64,000 nucleotides of DNA from Eledone cirrhosa (Eukaryota). Shown piece by piece: positions 27,387 to 40,995 of this stretch. Within the stretch, counting starts at the first letter, position 1. Every line of letters begins with the position of its first letter. The stretch lies in NCBI GenBank assembly GCA_964016885.1, contig OZ024742.1:353462001-353526000 (forward strand), read 5' to 3'. The translations under genes and the position numbers were made by a program. The notes below the pieces were generated by a model. That model was not told the origin of the DNA. It was given only the letters and a program-made list of their open reading frames with translations, and searched no databases.

Positions 27387-30177
27387 TATTAGGTTACTGG
27401 CCGAAAGAGCCTCTACTCGTGGTGGATTCTCTCTCTCACTATAATACCCACTCTGCATCCCACCATCTATCTAGTACTACTCTGATATGTGAGCTCCACA
27501 GTTGTCGTACCACAGACACTCAATATCAGTGTAGCACACATGTTCACTAAGCTCATGACAGAGGTTTGCAACAAATGGCAGCAGAATGTGAGAATATCTA
27601 ACTCCGTAAACTGAGGGTTGGTGTTACAGCTAAAAAATGTCGCTCAAAATGATGCTGTGATTAATATTTTCTGGCTATAAATCTGTTAAGTTTAAGGTAT
27701 TACAACTTGGTCAGAGTGCTGGCAAATTTGTTTTCCTTTCTGGTAGGTGACTTAAATACCTGTAGAATCTTACACTTGCACATCCATGATAAACTGCTTT
27801 TCATGCAACATGTCAAAGAAAGGGAATTAATGAAATTTGTTTAGATCGTCTCAGATCAATTAAAATATATCAATATATTGAAATATCAAGACTAGGCAGC
27901 TGTCCTCGAGTCAGCAGATCAAGTTCCCCCTTTGAAATCATAGACCGTTTCAATACAGAGTAGCATAATCATATTCATGAAAATAGATGGCTACTTTTCT
28001 GAAGTGTTTTGAAACCCATGTTCCTTTCGTAAATGTTATCTTCTTTCGTCACTTATGTACGTACTTATCCGGGAATGGACGTTTTGACGGAGATAACCCT
28101 CGAACTAGGATATAGAAGGGACGTTTCGGAATAGGTGGATGAGGTAACCTCATTGACGCTGGCATTCGGATAAAAGACATCTTCCAGCAAACGTAAATCC
28201 GAAGAAAGTAGCTTAAATTAACCTCTTCAAGTTACAGGACATACATTTCAGCCCCTGCAGAGGCATCTCTATGCTATTGGAAAGCATTTAGCGTGTGTTT
28301 GATAGCTGAGATATTTATTATCATTCGTTTCTCTCCAGACGTTCAAGCGAATAGGATTTAAGACAAAAGTAGTTGCCAATCCCACTGAGTAAATGTCTGT
28401 CACAAACATATCTCAGTGATGCAGTGGTAACACACTCATGCATTGCACCCATTCTATATAATCAACTCCCTGTCGGAATTTCCGGTATTATGTGTGAGAA
28501 CAGACAGGGGTGTATTTTCTTTAATTTCAAATAAAAAAAAAATTTCCATTGGCGAGTCAGTATATCATCCATTACAACCGTCTCTGTACAGCCTTCCTTA
28601 CGCCAGTGATGATGATACGCCGTCAAAGGATAATGCTGTTGTATTTACCAATATTCCATGATGAATAACACTGGCGGTCGTGTTTGTGAGTCACTACTTG
28701 TTTTACTTGAATTTATACTTATCTATATTTTCCTCATTGACTAACTAACATGTCTTATTAGTCTTCGTAAACATTTTTCACGTATCTTGCTACATTCTAA
28801 AAATAATTGTTCGAGATATTCTCTATATAAATATAAGGGTATAATAAGTAAAGATTCCTTTGTATACAGAACCACAACTAATTATAAATGTCGCCGTCAG
28901 TAGCGGACGAGCTTTTTAATAAGATATCTCAACTGATTTAATGCCTGACGGCCCTGTGATGAAAGAATGACATTTATTTTGAAATGTCTGCTTGCCAAAG
29001 TAGAAATATGGCAATGAATTTCACTGATAAATGCCTATACCTTGCGTCATTTCATCAAACCAATCAGTCATACAACAGGAAATATCACAAAACCCTCTTT
29101 AGTGCATAAAAGGGATTTTTTAATAACACAATCTTTTGAAAAAGAAAGATTGGAAGCAACAAAATCCCGATGAACAAAGTATTATAAAAAAAATTAAAAT
29201 ACGATCGAGTTTACAGATTTCTGTAATAGTTCATGCGATGTAATCGTTAAAAAAACCATCGTTATAGTTTCCAACAATAATGTGGTGTACCCGAGCGTAT
29301 TGCCTGCTGTAAAGAATAAAACAGGTATAGGGTTGACAACAAATCTACGGACAACAAACACGTTACGCTTGGATACATCAAGCCCGCTGGATAATTGAGG
29401 CATCGAACTGAGAACTCCAGACATGCATCCTGACACTTACAATGTTTCATCCATAAAACTGCATTTATACAATAGCCAATGTCGATGGAAATCATACAGG
29501 GCATTATAGAATGATTAAATCCGCCAGAGCACCTTGATTCCATGAATTTCTGAGTTAGTAAATGACTGTGGAAGACCGAAGTTCTCATGAAACTTTGGTG
29601 GGAGGCAATAGAAATTAGTTCAAAGATTTGCTGTGAAAATATTTGCTATTCACGCTAAAATCCTCCAATCTACAACAACGAGATCGACAGTAAATTAGAG
29701 AAACTGCGTTAATTGGAACATCTATAGTTGCAGATTCCATAGATAGAAAGACTGCAGTAACATCAAACATAACCCAGTAGGTTGATTTTAAATATTAATA
29801 AAATGTGTTTTATGACCAGACAATATTTTTATTAATGTAATTTCACAGAAAAAAATGCACGCATTCAAATAGTAATCTATGGAGTCGTAGATGCATTGAT
29901 GGGCTAGACGAAGGTTAATGCTCATTTGAAAGATGTTTTGTCACAGTAGAGAGATGAACTATCAGCAACGGAAGCAATAATAGGGAATATCACAAGCATA
30001 TGCTAATATAGAAATAATAACGGCAATGACAAAAACACAAAAGGTAATTACATAAATGTCAACATCAGCAGTACAAACCAATATAACCTTAAGTTATCAA
30101 CTGCTATGATGTAATTAGAGAAAATATGGGTCGATATATTATGCAATGAGACAGACCAATAATGGGAAAGAACAAAA

Positions 30178-30963
30178 GTTGGATTTCAAATTGGATCGAA
30201 GAAGCTGTCGTCACCACCCAAAGGTTTTCATTGACAGACTTTCGCTGATTAAATTGCCTTGATCACAGAGGAAATCAGCTAAGTTCAAGCACTGCTCACA
30301 TGTGTCGAGGTTGAATGAAGCAAAATAGGACTGCGTCTCAATGCAAAGAAGACCGAAATCATGAACTACAATCAAGTTGATCCAGCTCCAGTTCTTTCTA
30401 AGGATGTTTTAACAATCAAAACAGTTGAGAACTGCAGGGCCTTTGAAGTTAGAAAAGCATTAACATGGTCGACATCCCACAAGCTACTGAAGGTGTGGAA
30501 GTTCGACCTAAATCACAAAATTAAGGAGCACCTCTACATAGTAACTGTTAAGTCTGTCCTGCTTTGGGGCAGTGAAATCTGGACTATTGACAACGTTCTA
30601 TGCAAAAGACTTGACGGATGTTACAAGAAGATGCTGAGAATGGCTCTCAAAATTTCTCTGGAAACAGAAGCTGACAAATAAGGAACTATAAGATGACTAC
30701 TAGCAGTCTCAAGAAGAGTTGCTTTCAGACGAATGAAACTGGCTGGGTACAGCATCCGTCATCCAGAAGATGTAGCGCCACAACTTGTGCTCTGGAAACC
30801 AACGGTCGGACGAAGAAGCGTAGGAAGACAGGCCGTCTCATTCATTGATAACCTGCTAAGAGATGCCAACAATGATAACATCGACGAAATGAGAACCGAG
30901 GAGAATGGAGAAACGGTGCTGAATCTTTGCGGGTGTAAACCCGGTCGGAGAAGAAGATATTAA
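30178..30963 (+). pseudogene. RTE-clade LINE, decayed RT C-terminal part
   Basis: FAD*IAL, IGLRLNAKKTEIM, VKSVLLWGSEIWT, RLDGCYKKMLRMAL, RMKLAGYSIRHPE, LVLWKPT; stops and frameshifts. Confidence 0.85.
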
Positions 30964-31536
30964 AGAAAATTAGAGGAATAAACGTATGAGAATGGAAGCT
31001 ATAGTGTTTGCAATTATTTAGCAAAATAGATATAATGAATTGCGTTGGTCCCAGGGAGTTAACATTCTGTCTTTTATAGATATACCGTTGTAATTGCTGT
31101 TAAAGAGGAAAGGGGAAAAGCTATTATGGCATGCATGAATAAACTTTTGTCTAGGCTTTGTGCTGAATGACATGTAATGCTAACCTTAGTGTTTTTCTTA
31201 CCAGAGATAAAATGTGGAAGCTTTAAGAGCGTCAGTGTCGAATGAAACGCTCTGAAGTTGCTTTGCAAGTTTTAAAACAATATTGACCATTTATTTAGTT
31301 TCAATTTTATAAAATAAATGTATTCAAAAGCCAAAAAACAAACCTTATTTAGTAAGAAAACATTTAAAAAAGGGGAAACAAAGGAAAGAAAGAATAGGGA
31401 AATATAGAAAATAAAGAGATAAAGAGAGAAGAAAAAAACGGGAATGGGAGTGGATGGCAAGAGCTCTGGTTTCCCAGAGAGGGGGCTGAAGGGGAAGGGT
31501 GTTTGTAATTTGGGCCTAGGGCAAAGATTGGAAACT

Positions 31537-31735
31537 TGGCACATTCGTTAGATCATCGAGTCATTGTTTTGTTCCATCCTTTTTTGTTCTGAGTCCAAGT
31601 CCCACCCAAGTCAACTCTGCAGTTCATCCTTCCAAAATCAATTAAAATGATTTACTACACAGCTTGTCGCTTCATTTTAATATTTCCCTCCTACTTAAAT
31701 TTCCGGCCTTGTGCTTAAATTAGAAAGAATTATTA
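31537..31735 (+). mobile_element. Degenerate SINE copy
   Basis: ttctgagtccaagtccc...ttcatcctt...ggccttgtgcttaaattagaaagaattatt. Confidence 0.55.
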
Positions 31736-33069
31736 CCAAATATATTTCATATCGAAATTGTTACCTCAGATTTTATAGACTTAATACATACACATATTTA
31801 TTTTAAGTATGAAATATGATGATTTAATTCACTCTTTTCATTGTTTTTATTATTTTTCTTAATTCGGCAAATACATTTGTTTAATGCTACAACTCAGCTA
31901 ATTACATTATACTATTAATGACATGAATATAATATATCTTTTTAATATTTTTCACTTAGATTTATTTTGCACATAATTTCTTATTTACATTAGTTTTTTC
32001 CCAATATGATTCTTTGCTTATCAACATTCATTTCATATAATATGTCTTGTTTTAATATGTCTTCTCTTATAATTTACTCAATACAACTTTTACTTTTTAC
32101 CAGATTATGTTCGTGCGTAATGCATTAATATTGTTTACGTAATTAAAAATAAATAACTTTATACATATTTTCAATTATTATATTTTAACTTGATGTCCTG
32201 CAGCCAATATCATTTTAAATATTGTTAAATTGTTTGCAAAAATATTTCAAGGTTCCTTGAAATACTGGCATTTCAGTGGAAATCTCTTCTCGTAAGACAT
32301 GCAAACATTATACATTATTATCGCAATATTAGTAAGTCACAGTATCAGGAAATTCACTAGTGGAGCTGTGCTTCAAATAATAACGTCAATAGTGGTGAAC
32401 GTATATCATTTTAGGAGGCCAAGATCGGAGTCAAGCTGAACCCAAAAGTTGTTTACTGTCGTGGCTGCGACGTTGATGCCTCATTATGCTCCAAGTGAAA
32501 GGGGCAAACATATTTTCAAGTCAAGGTTAAACCTAATGAAACCAAGGTATACGCGATTAGATGCGTCGTTAACGTTAGGGACATGAGTATTTAAAAAGGC
32601 AAATATGTTTAGAAACGAGGATCCTGTGACTGGGAAGTGACATTGTAATTGTATATAGCTGTTAAAACTTTAAAGAGCTACAAGAATGAACATCTTCAAG
32701 TGATCTTGCCTAAAAACAATGTTTGAACTGATTGTCTTCAAAAACTATGTTCGTAAATAATATTATTCTTTCTTTAGCATTACCTAAACATGTTTAACAT
32801 CACCTTATTTTCTCTGCTACATTTTGTACAAACACAAATTCCTTTTTTTCTCTTTCCACTCACATAATTTGAAAATGCATAAAATGCAGAAAACGTAATT
32901 AATAATTCTTAAATAAATAAATGACACTGTCAATTAATAAATTAATTAATTAATGCTTTGACACTTCAGACAAAGTAAATTAATTTGTTTTAAACATTTT
33001 CTACTCAGAAAATTAAAAAAAATAACGGAAAAAAAATACTTTTCTTCCTAATAAACGTTTTTTCCTCCC

Positions 33070-33168
<99 letters not shown>

Positions 33169-33370
33169 GAGAGATATACTTTAACTTTAATTATATCTCA
33201 TATAATAATACAACTGGTTTTTCGACATTATACATATTGTTAGCACTCCAAACACTTAAATTGGGTTTATATTTTAATATAACCTAATGTTTGTTGAGTG
33301 AGATGGTTACCAGTCAGAGTTTAGCTTTAAACTATCTCTGTTATTGTATTAAATATATGTATATATATAT

Positions 33371-34370
33371 AGACTTCGCAAGGGCTCTATATCTTTATGA
33401 TGTACTGTTTTTGTTTATGCCACGAAACTACGTAGTCGAGGAATCCAGGAGCAGTTTAGGCATGATACATTTTATTACTAATTATATCTAAATGTTTCTT
33501 CTCTCTTCATAATGTATTTTTAACTCTGATACTGGTTCAGTCTAGTTCAACCGGATTGGTCTGTCCCAGTCATTCATTGAGCAACATCGGTAAGGTTGGC
33601 ACCATTAACTCACGGTTGGGTGTGGATGCATTCATGTATATGTGTGTGTCCGCATGTATCTGTGTGTTTCTAAATATATTGTTCATAACTCCCTCTGGTC
33701 GAGTAATCTTTGAAGTGTGGTGACTGCTGGAAAGCTGCCATTACTCATACTTCTCGCTTCCTTTACCACCTCTTCTACGGATTCGATATAAATACCCCCT
33801 CCGCCTCCGTGGTGTTTTCGTCGGGGTTATAAGAGGCTTAGCTCTGTTTCTCGACCGTTATATCGCGTGTCTATCTCCCCTCCGCCTTGTGTGATTATTT
33901 CTCACGTCGTGTAGACGCGTTCTTGAGGCTAGTAAAATGAGGTATCCTCTTGATAAGTCGGCAGACCTCGCAAGGGCTCTATATCTTTATGATTTACTGT
34001 TTTTGTTTATGCCACGAAACTACGTAGTCGAGGAATCCAGGAGCAGTTTAGGTATGATACATTTTATTACTAATTATATCTAAATGTTTCTTCTCTCTTC
34101 ATAATGTATTTTTAACTCTGATACTGGTTCAGTCTAGTTCAACCGGATTGGTCAGTCCCAGTCATTCATTGAGCAACATCGGTAAGGTTGGCACCATTAA
34201 CTCACGGTTGGGTGTGGATGCATTCATGTATATGTCTGTGTCCGCAGGTATCTGTGTGTTTCTAAATATATTGTTCATAACTCCCTCTGGTCGAGTAATC
34301 TTTGAAGTGTGGTGACTGCTGGAAAGCTGCCATTACTCATACTTCTCGCCTCCTTTACCACCTCTTCTAC
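33371..34370 (+). mobile_element. Partial tandem (~1.7 copies) of a 592-bp hammerhead-containing unit
   Basis: agac(t/c)tcgcaagggctct at 33371 and 33963; near-identical over ~410 bp. Confidence 0.85.
33945..34034 (+). ncRNA. Type I hammerhead, U3-A8 core, extended stem II
   Basis: tcctc-TTGATAA-gt(c)ggca...tgccac-GAAAC-tacgta-GTC-gagga; palindromic ACTACGTAGT. Confidence 0.8.
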
Positions 34371-34763
34371 TGACATGAAGCAGAAGTATAAGTTTGACAT
34401 GTCGTAGGGTGTTATACTTCCGATTCATGTCAACTAGTTTTACACTCCGAAATCTTAGATACACTATACCCCCCACCTAATGTAATGTCAGGGTCTCCTC
34501 AAATAATTTATTACTAGCATTGTTGTAATTGTTGTTATTGTTCTAACTGAATGCCATTACTACTTCATATAGTAGCCTGTATATTCCATTCATGCCTGTA
34601 TATTCTCTTCATTCTCGCATGCTCCGAAGAACTGACTGGTTATAATTTTGTATTGGCGATCAAGTAACGTGAAAACAAGCGAATAGCGATCTCTAGACCT
34701 ACTAGTTCAGAGAAACAATTGTCAGCAATGAGATTAAAAACCTTTTTTCTATTGCAAACTATA

Positions 34764-34816
<53 letters not shown>

Positions 34817-34933
34817 ATATAGTAAATATATATATATTATATATATATATGTATATATATATATATGTATATATATATTATATATATATATATATTAAAT
34901 ATATATATATTATATATATATATTATATATATA

Positions 34934-34982
<49 letters not shown>

Positions 34983-34990
34983 ATACATAT

Positions 34991-35077
<87 letters not shown>

Positions 35078-35091
35078 ATATATATGTATAT

Positions 35092-35126
<35 letters not shown>

Positions 35127-35132
35127 TATATA

Positions 35133-35320
35133 TAGAGTTATAAACTCAAATAGTTTTTTACAATTAATTAGCGCAAAGAAAGGAATATATCTGAGCCGTG
35201 TAATACAAATGAATATATATATATATATATTTATATTCATTTGTATTACACGGCTCAGAAATATTCCTTTCTTTGAGATATTTAATTGTAAAAGACTATT
35301 CGAATTTAGAAATCTATATA
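35133..35320. repeat. Imperfect palindrome (~85-bp arms) centred on a short (TA)n
   Basis: aaagaaaggaatatatctgagccgtgtaatacaaatgaata / tattcatttgtattacacggctcagaaatattcctttcttt. Confidence 0.8.
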
Positions 35321-35764
35321 TAATATTCTCGGCTCCATACGTGAGATAATTTTTAGTCCCATAAAACCGGCTGCTATTTTTAGCGGCACGAGTATAGGAT
35401 GTGCTAGGCGCTGTAACACATGTGCTTTCAACAACACATTTCTCTCATTGTTCTTAAGTATTTTGAAGTTAAACTTACCAATTTCTGGATACCTGCAGAA
35501 AAGCACAGAAATAGGAACTTTCTGTTAATTGTTTAGAAACAATTTAAAATATAAAATTTAAAATGTGTCCAGGTATCACGGATATTGCCAATATAGGTTT
35601 GTTTTTATTGATTTATTATTTGAAATCGAGGCAGGCAAACCGTATTATTTTAATTAGTATTTTTCAATCTAGCTAACTTGGTCATTTGCAATGCGAACAC
35701 ACGTATACTTGTATCAGTGTTTATCCCTATCATATATTCATTTGTATATCTCTCTCTCTCTCTC

Positions 35765-35801
<37 letters not shown>

Positions 35802-35802
<1 letters not shown>

Positions 35803-38545
35803 GTAATTTGAGGACTAAAATCCAATGAGGGATCGATAAGGATAAATATATATCAAATATATAAGAACCCTAGAGCAAATATTTATTAAAATTATGGATT
35901 AAAGTTTAAGCAAAAATCGCTGCTTTCAGCCTTAACGGGATCTTCTGAAACTAACAAATTCAATCTGTGAACACAGAAGTGAATATATCAAAAAACGTTG
36001 CAACCGGAGGAAAACAGTAACACGATACTTTGGTTCGTGGAAACTTTCCCTGGCAAAGAACGGGAAAAAACGAATATTATACGTCATTATTTGGAACGGT
36101 GAAAAATAATTACACGCAAAGACAAAACCCGTTTATGGTATAAAAGATGTCGTTGACTAATATAATATTAGGTAGTTCATAGAGACGTTCTCTGGCAATG
36201 AACGGAAAAAACGAAGATAATACGTCATATGTGGGGCATGGATAACAATTGCACGCAAAGACAAAACCACGTAAAAGGTATAACTGAAGTCGTAGACTAA
36301 AATTCTAACTAGGAAACCGAATGATTCTCGGCTTCAGAGTTAAGAATAAAGAAAATAAAATACAGAGGTAATTGAAATTAAATAAATATATACACGCATC
36401 TATATACGTACATACACAAGCATACGCGAAAACACTCGCCATAGGTATACAAATACACGCATATATATATATATGTGTGTGTGTGCGTGTATAAAAATAA
36501 TTAAAGAAACGTATATAAATAAATAAATACGTATATACCAAGCGCACACACATACCTACATGTAAATACACATATGTTCGGAGTTTACTTCAACCAAAAC
36601 ACGAAGTACACGTATAGACACACCCTACATAAGTACGAACCCGCATACTCACACAGACGCAACACTCACCTATACACATAACCAAAAGCTTATGTAACAT
36701 ATTATATAAAATATACGCCATAACATATAAAATAAAATATACGTACGAAAATGTATACGTACCTTCACAAAACATACAGGTAATATATACTTACCTATAC
36801 AAATATGTAATGGTATAAACATAACATATACTTAGCTACCACATCAAGGCGTAAATTATCAGCATATAGATCGTACTATCCGTTTAGGGTATAATGTAGA
36901 GCTGTAATACTGGAAGGTTTTATGCAATTTATGTTTACAAGCCGAAATTGTCTCAGATTTTTTGTTTAAGATGTGGTCTTTGGCGTAGAGTATATCCAGG
37001 GCCTCAGCGGCGGAGAGGTCACACTGTCTTTTATTTCCGTTATACGATCTAGCCATAACTATGATCACCCAATGTAACTTAGATTGGGTGTGGTTGTCTT
37101 TTAGACTCCAGATATAAGCTGAAAGTGACGTCATATTCCTTCTTAAAGGGTAACGAAAAGAATGGGTATGCATGTAAAGACGCTGCTTGAATCTATTGGC
37201 GGTTAACCCTATGTAGGCCCTACGGGACGTCGGTGTTTCAACCTTACAATTGTAGACAATGTTACTAGAGAGGCATTTCCCGGATAGATGGCAGTCAATC
37301 CGATTTCTACAATTACAGTTAGTACTAGCTACAGGGTTGCACGTGTTCCCACGGCTAGGTAGCTTAGCTGAATTAGAAGCTGTGATGTTATGTGCAAGGT
37401 TAGGAGTCGTAGAGTAAGACATTTTAATAGTATTTCTATTAAACATTTTACTATATTTATGTGTAGGGGGAAAATGCTTCGTAATAAGGGAGAGAAAGAT
37501 CTTAGCTAATGGTGTGGCCACCTCCATATTATATGGTGGGTTATACCATATAATGCTTCCGGTTCTATTTCTTCTAGGTCTATTCTCGCACTCTGTATAT
37601 GCTAACTTATCGACAAATCCACTCCGAGCAAGAGCTTCATTGTAATATGTGGAATGGTCTTTGAAAATATTCTCGTAGATAGACGGGAAAGCCTCAAAGA
37701 AACGTTTCTTACCAGGTTCTTGGTTATGCTGGCAGGATGGTTAGAATGCTTACTTATGTAATTAAGCGTATCATTCGGATGTTTATACAAGTAATACAAA
37801 CCATTCGATAAATTGAGGGTAACGTCGAGGTAATTAACGACGGAGAGGTTGGCCTCAACCTCTATAGAGAGGTTGAAGCCTTTAAAGAAGGCTGTGAGTT
37901 ATTTTCTGAAACTGTCGCAAGCACGTGGGCCGCACTTAGTCATGGTCAAAAGACCATCATCACGGTACAAACCACCGCCCAGGTTGGGGAATTCGTCCTT
38001 GACAGAGAAAAGAAGGAAAAGGCCGATAAGATCAGTAACCTCCACAGAATCGCTGGCGCCCATACTCACGTCGAATGGGGTACTATTAGATATTCTAATC
38101 CCAATAGTGTCATCGAAATTAATCTCCGACTTACGAGCATTGAGGATGACATCAACTTCGAAATCCTTAACCACTGTGAGTGTTTTAGCGAAATTGAAAG
38201 CTCTAAGGAGAAGTGGTAAAGTGATGGAGGTGTAGTAATTATTGATGTCGAATTGGATAAAACGGCAATCTTCCTTCATGGATAGGCAGTTGAACAAATC
38301 AATCGCCGCGAAAAATTTATTCGACAATGCAAGAGGTGCCAAACTTCTAATTTCAGGTATAATTCTATCAAGAATCCTATTACTAAGTCTACCTAAAGCG
38401 GACTTCGTATGATTAATAAGCCGAATAGAGGGGTTGTTCGGAAAATCCATTTTGTGACCCTTCAGGATAAAGTGGGGAGAAATAGGCTCAAGAAGTCCGG
38501 TCCGGTCCAGGATGTTGAGATCAGAGGGGACTTTAAACACACTTC
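35802..38545 (-). mobile_element. Penelope-like element family B (Hydra-clade-like), 5'-truncated
   Basis: RT plus GIY-YIG followed by ~1 kb 3' region; (TA)n flanks. Confidence 0.9.
36859..38540 (-). pseudogene. PLE RT / GIY-YIG polyprotein with a stop at 37899 and a frameshift near 37680
   Basis: LKGHK..FPNNPSIRLIN, FIQFDINNYYTSI, FDVSMGASDS, GLYRDDGL; CNC..C.LSGKC, IVY..AYIGLT..FKQR..H, CDL..E, LNKKSE..CKH. Confidence 0.9.
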
Positions 38546-38608
38546 GTTAATTTCATTAATGACGCTCCGATTATATATACAACTCACTTTGCCGCGTACA
38601 GTCTTTAT

Positions 38609-38667
<59 letters not shown>

Positions 38668-38671
<4 letters not shown>

Positions 38672-38806
38672 TCCAGAATTAGCCGTCGAAACGACTTCAG
38701 CTCAGCCCTCGGTGTCCTACTCGTTCCTATTACCCACTCTACTACCCTAAGTTCTGAGTACTTTGGTGCGTTATGGTACACCTGGTTCCTTACCCCATTT
38801 CCTTCG

Positions 38807-38810
<4 letters not shown>
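38668..38810 (+). mobile_element. Family D PLE terminus (single arm plus tail)
   Basis: Homologous to 23422-23562. Confidence 0.7.
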
Positions 38811-38856
<46 letters not shown>

Positions 38857-38858
<2 letters not shown>

Positions 38859-39787
38859 TAAAACATGTCTATAGAATCAATCAGATATTAAAATATATAC
38901 TATTTCTTCCTCTAATCAGCATAATTAACCATATACATAATCAAATCCAGCAAGCTTTAAGAGTAAATTTTCTAACGGGGAAATCTCCGACTAATAATTG
39001 ATCTCAGCTAGTTCGCGTTAACTCCGTTCCATTATTTATCAAACACTTCGGCAGCATGCAGAATCCGATCAAATATATCGTCAACCGCACGTAATTAGTA
39101 GTAAAATTAAACTTAGAAGAAATGCGCACATACCGTAATTATATCTCTACCATGGTTTCTTCCTTGTTTAGGACATCCAAATAATATGAGCTTGCCCTGA
39201 GTCAGGTTATCATCAGGAGATAAACTCAGGAATAGACATTTAATTTCTCAGACCGACCCCGCCAAATTTAGATTCAAAAATGGCTAAGATCGCTATGTAG
39301 CTGGGTACCAGCCAGAGAGAAAGCGTGTGATTGGTCGCTTACGGCGGGTAGGCATGCTGCTAGAAAGCGCAGCCATATATCGCCAAATTTAATCTCAACC
39401 GATAGGGAGATTATTACATATAGAGGTTATCACATACATAAAATAAAATTAAATTAAATCAAGGATACATATATGTGTTGCAACTGTTCACTTTTAAGCT
39501 CAATGAAGAATTAATAAGTTAAAATCAAAAAATCAGAGCATTATATCATAAAACATGTCTATAGAATCATGCTGGATTTGATTATGTATATGGTTAATTA
39601 TGCTGATTAGAGGAAGAAATAGTATATATTTTAATATCTGATTGATTCTATAGACATGTTTTATGATATAATGCTCTGATTTTTTTGATTTTAACTTATT
39701 AATTCTTCATTGAGCTTAAAAGTGAACAGTTGCAACACATATATGTATCCTTGATTTAATTTAATTTAATTTTATGTATGTGATAAC

Positions 39788-39792
<5 letters not shown>
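38857..39792 (-). mobile_element. 690-bp hammerhead-containing unit with tandem overlap and an inverted terminal copy (39570-39792)
   Basis: cataaaacatgtctatagaatca at 38857 and 39547; the inverted arm spans the unit junction. Confidence 0.8.
39142..39222 (-). ncRNA. Type I hammerhead ribozyme
   Basis: tatctc-CTGATGA-[~50 nt]-GAAAC-catg-GTA-gagata; 6-bp stem I; palindromic ACCATGGT; the base of stem II is weak. Confidence 0.72.
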
Positions 39793-39831
<39 letters not shown>

Positions 39832-39838
<7 letters not shown>

Positions 39839-40935
39839 GTTGTCATTCGTAAACGATGGTGACATCTACTTTATTGTTGTTCCCGTCTACCGAGGGCACG
39901 AAGGTGGCTGGGGAGGCCGATCCTTGACTCGCAAGTCTGAGGACAGTGGGGGCAGGGGAAGAGACAGTAGTCAGACTTGCAACTCCCAGAGGTTACCTAA
40001 ACCTGTTACCTCCGCCTCTTGCCTAACGCCGCAGGGCGGTGGGAGTATTTTTCCTTTTTTCTTTTAATTTCTAACCTCTAATCTGTACATTTTCTTCCTA
40101 GATACTTGTCAATTCTCATTATTACTCACCACAATATATTCTTACCCTTTTACATACTTTATAATATCACGTTGAAAAATACTTCGTAAACATAAACATT
40201 TTTTTGACGTTAGATTATTCATCCTAAATTCATTATTTTTTTTCTCCCTTTCATGCTCATCTAACTTATACATATTACACATATTCATCCATTCATCCAC
40301 TCTTCTACTTCTTTTCACAATATATCCTTAATTACATTACTATTGTTATATTTTTATATTTTTAATAATACATATCAAACATTTCTTTCCATCACACATA
40401 TTATTAAACCCTTAAATATTATTCTTAATACATATTAACAATTTCTTTTCATCGCACATCTTATTAAACACTTCAATATACAAATCTTAATTTAACATTA
40501 TTCTTAAATTTTTCTCTTCGTTAATTTTCAAATTCTTTTAATTTATATATTATCTTGCAACGGTTTTTTTAACCTCTCTATGTAAAACAATATATTTTTC
40601 TCAGTTATAAAAGCTATCTCTCTCTCTCTATCACCCATCTCTCCTCCTATCTAATCCTTCCTTATTATACTCCTCCCTTTCCATTCTTTACTCTCATCTC
40701 CTCCTCTTTTTCATCATTTCCAACCCCCTGAATTGTTTCCCCAATATAACACATCAATCTAAAACTACTTTTCATATGTTGATTTAAAACTGCACTATTA
40801 GCAAGTGTTTTTTAACCATCATATCATGTCTCACTATTTTATCTGACGAAAACGCAAATGTTATTGCATGGTGATATTTGTTTTTGAAATGCGCATAATA
40901 ATATACATGGAACTCTTTTAACCATCTTTTGATGT

Positions 40936-40940
<5 letters not shown>
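39832..40940 (+). mobile_element. Non-coding PLE-type pseudo-LTR segment between (TA)n tracts
   Basis: HHR near the 3' end; no ORF. Confidence 0.5.
40839..40901 (+). ncRNA. Type I hammerhead ribozyme
   Basis: ttat-CTGACGA-aaacgcaaatgttatt/ggtgatatttgttttt-GAAA-tgcgca-TA-ataa; palindromic ATGCGCAT. Confidence 0.7.
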
Positions 40941-40988
<48 letters not shown>

Positions 40989-40995
<7 letters not shown>

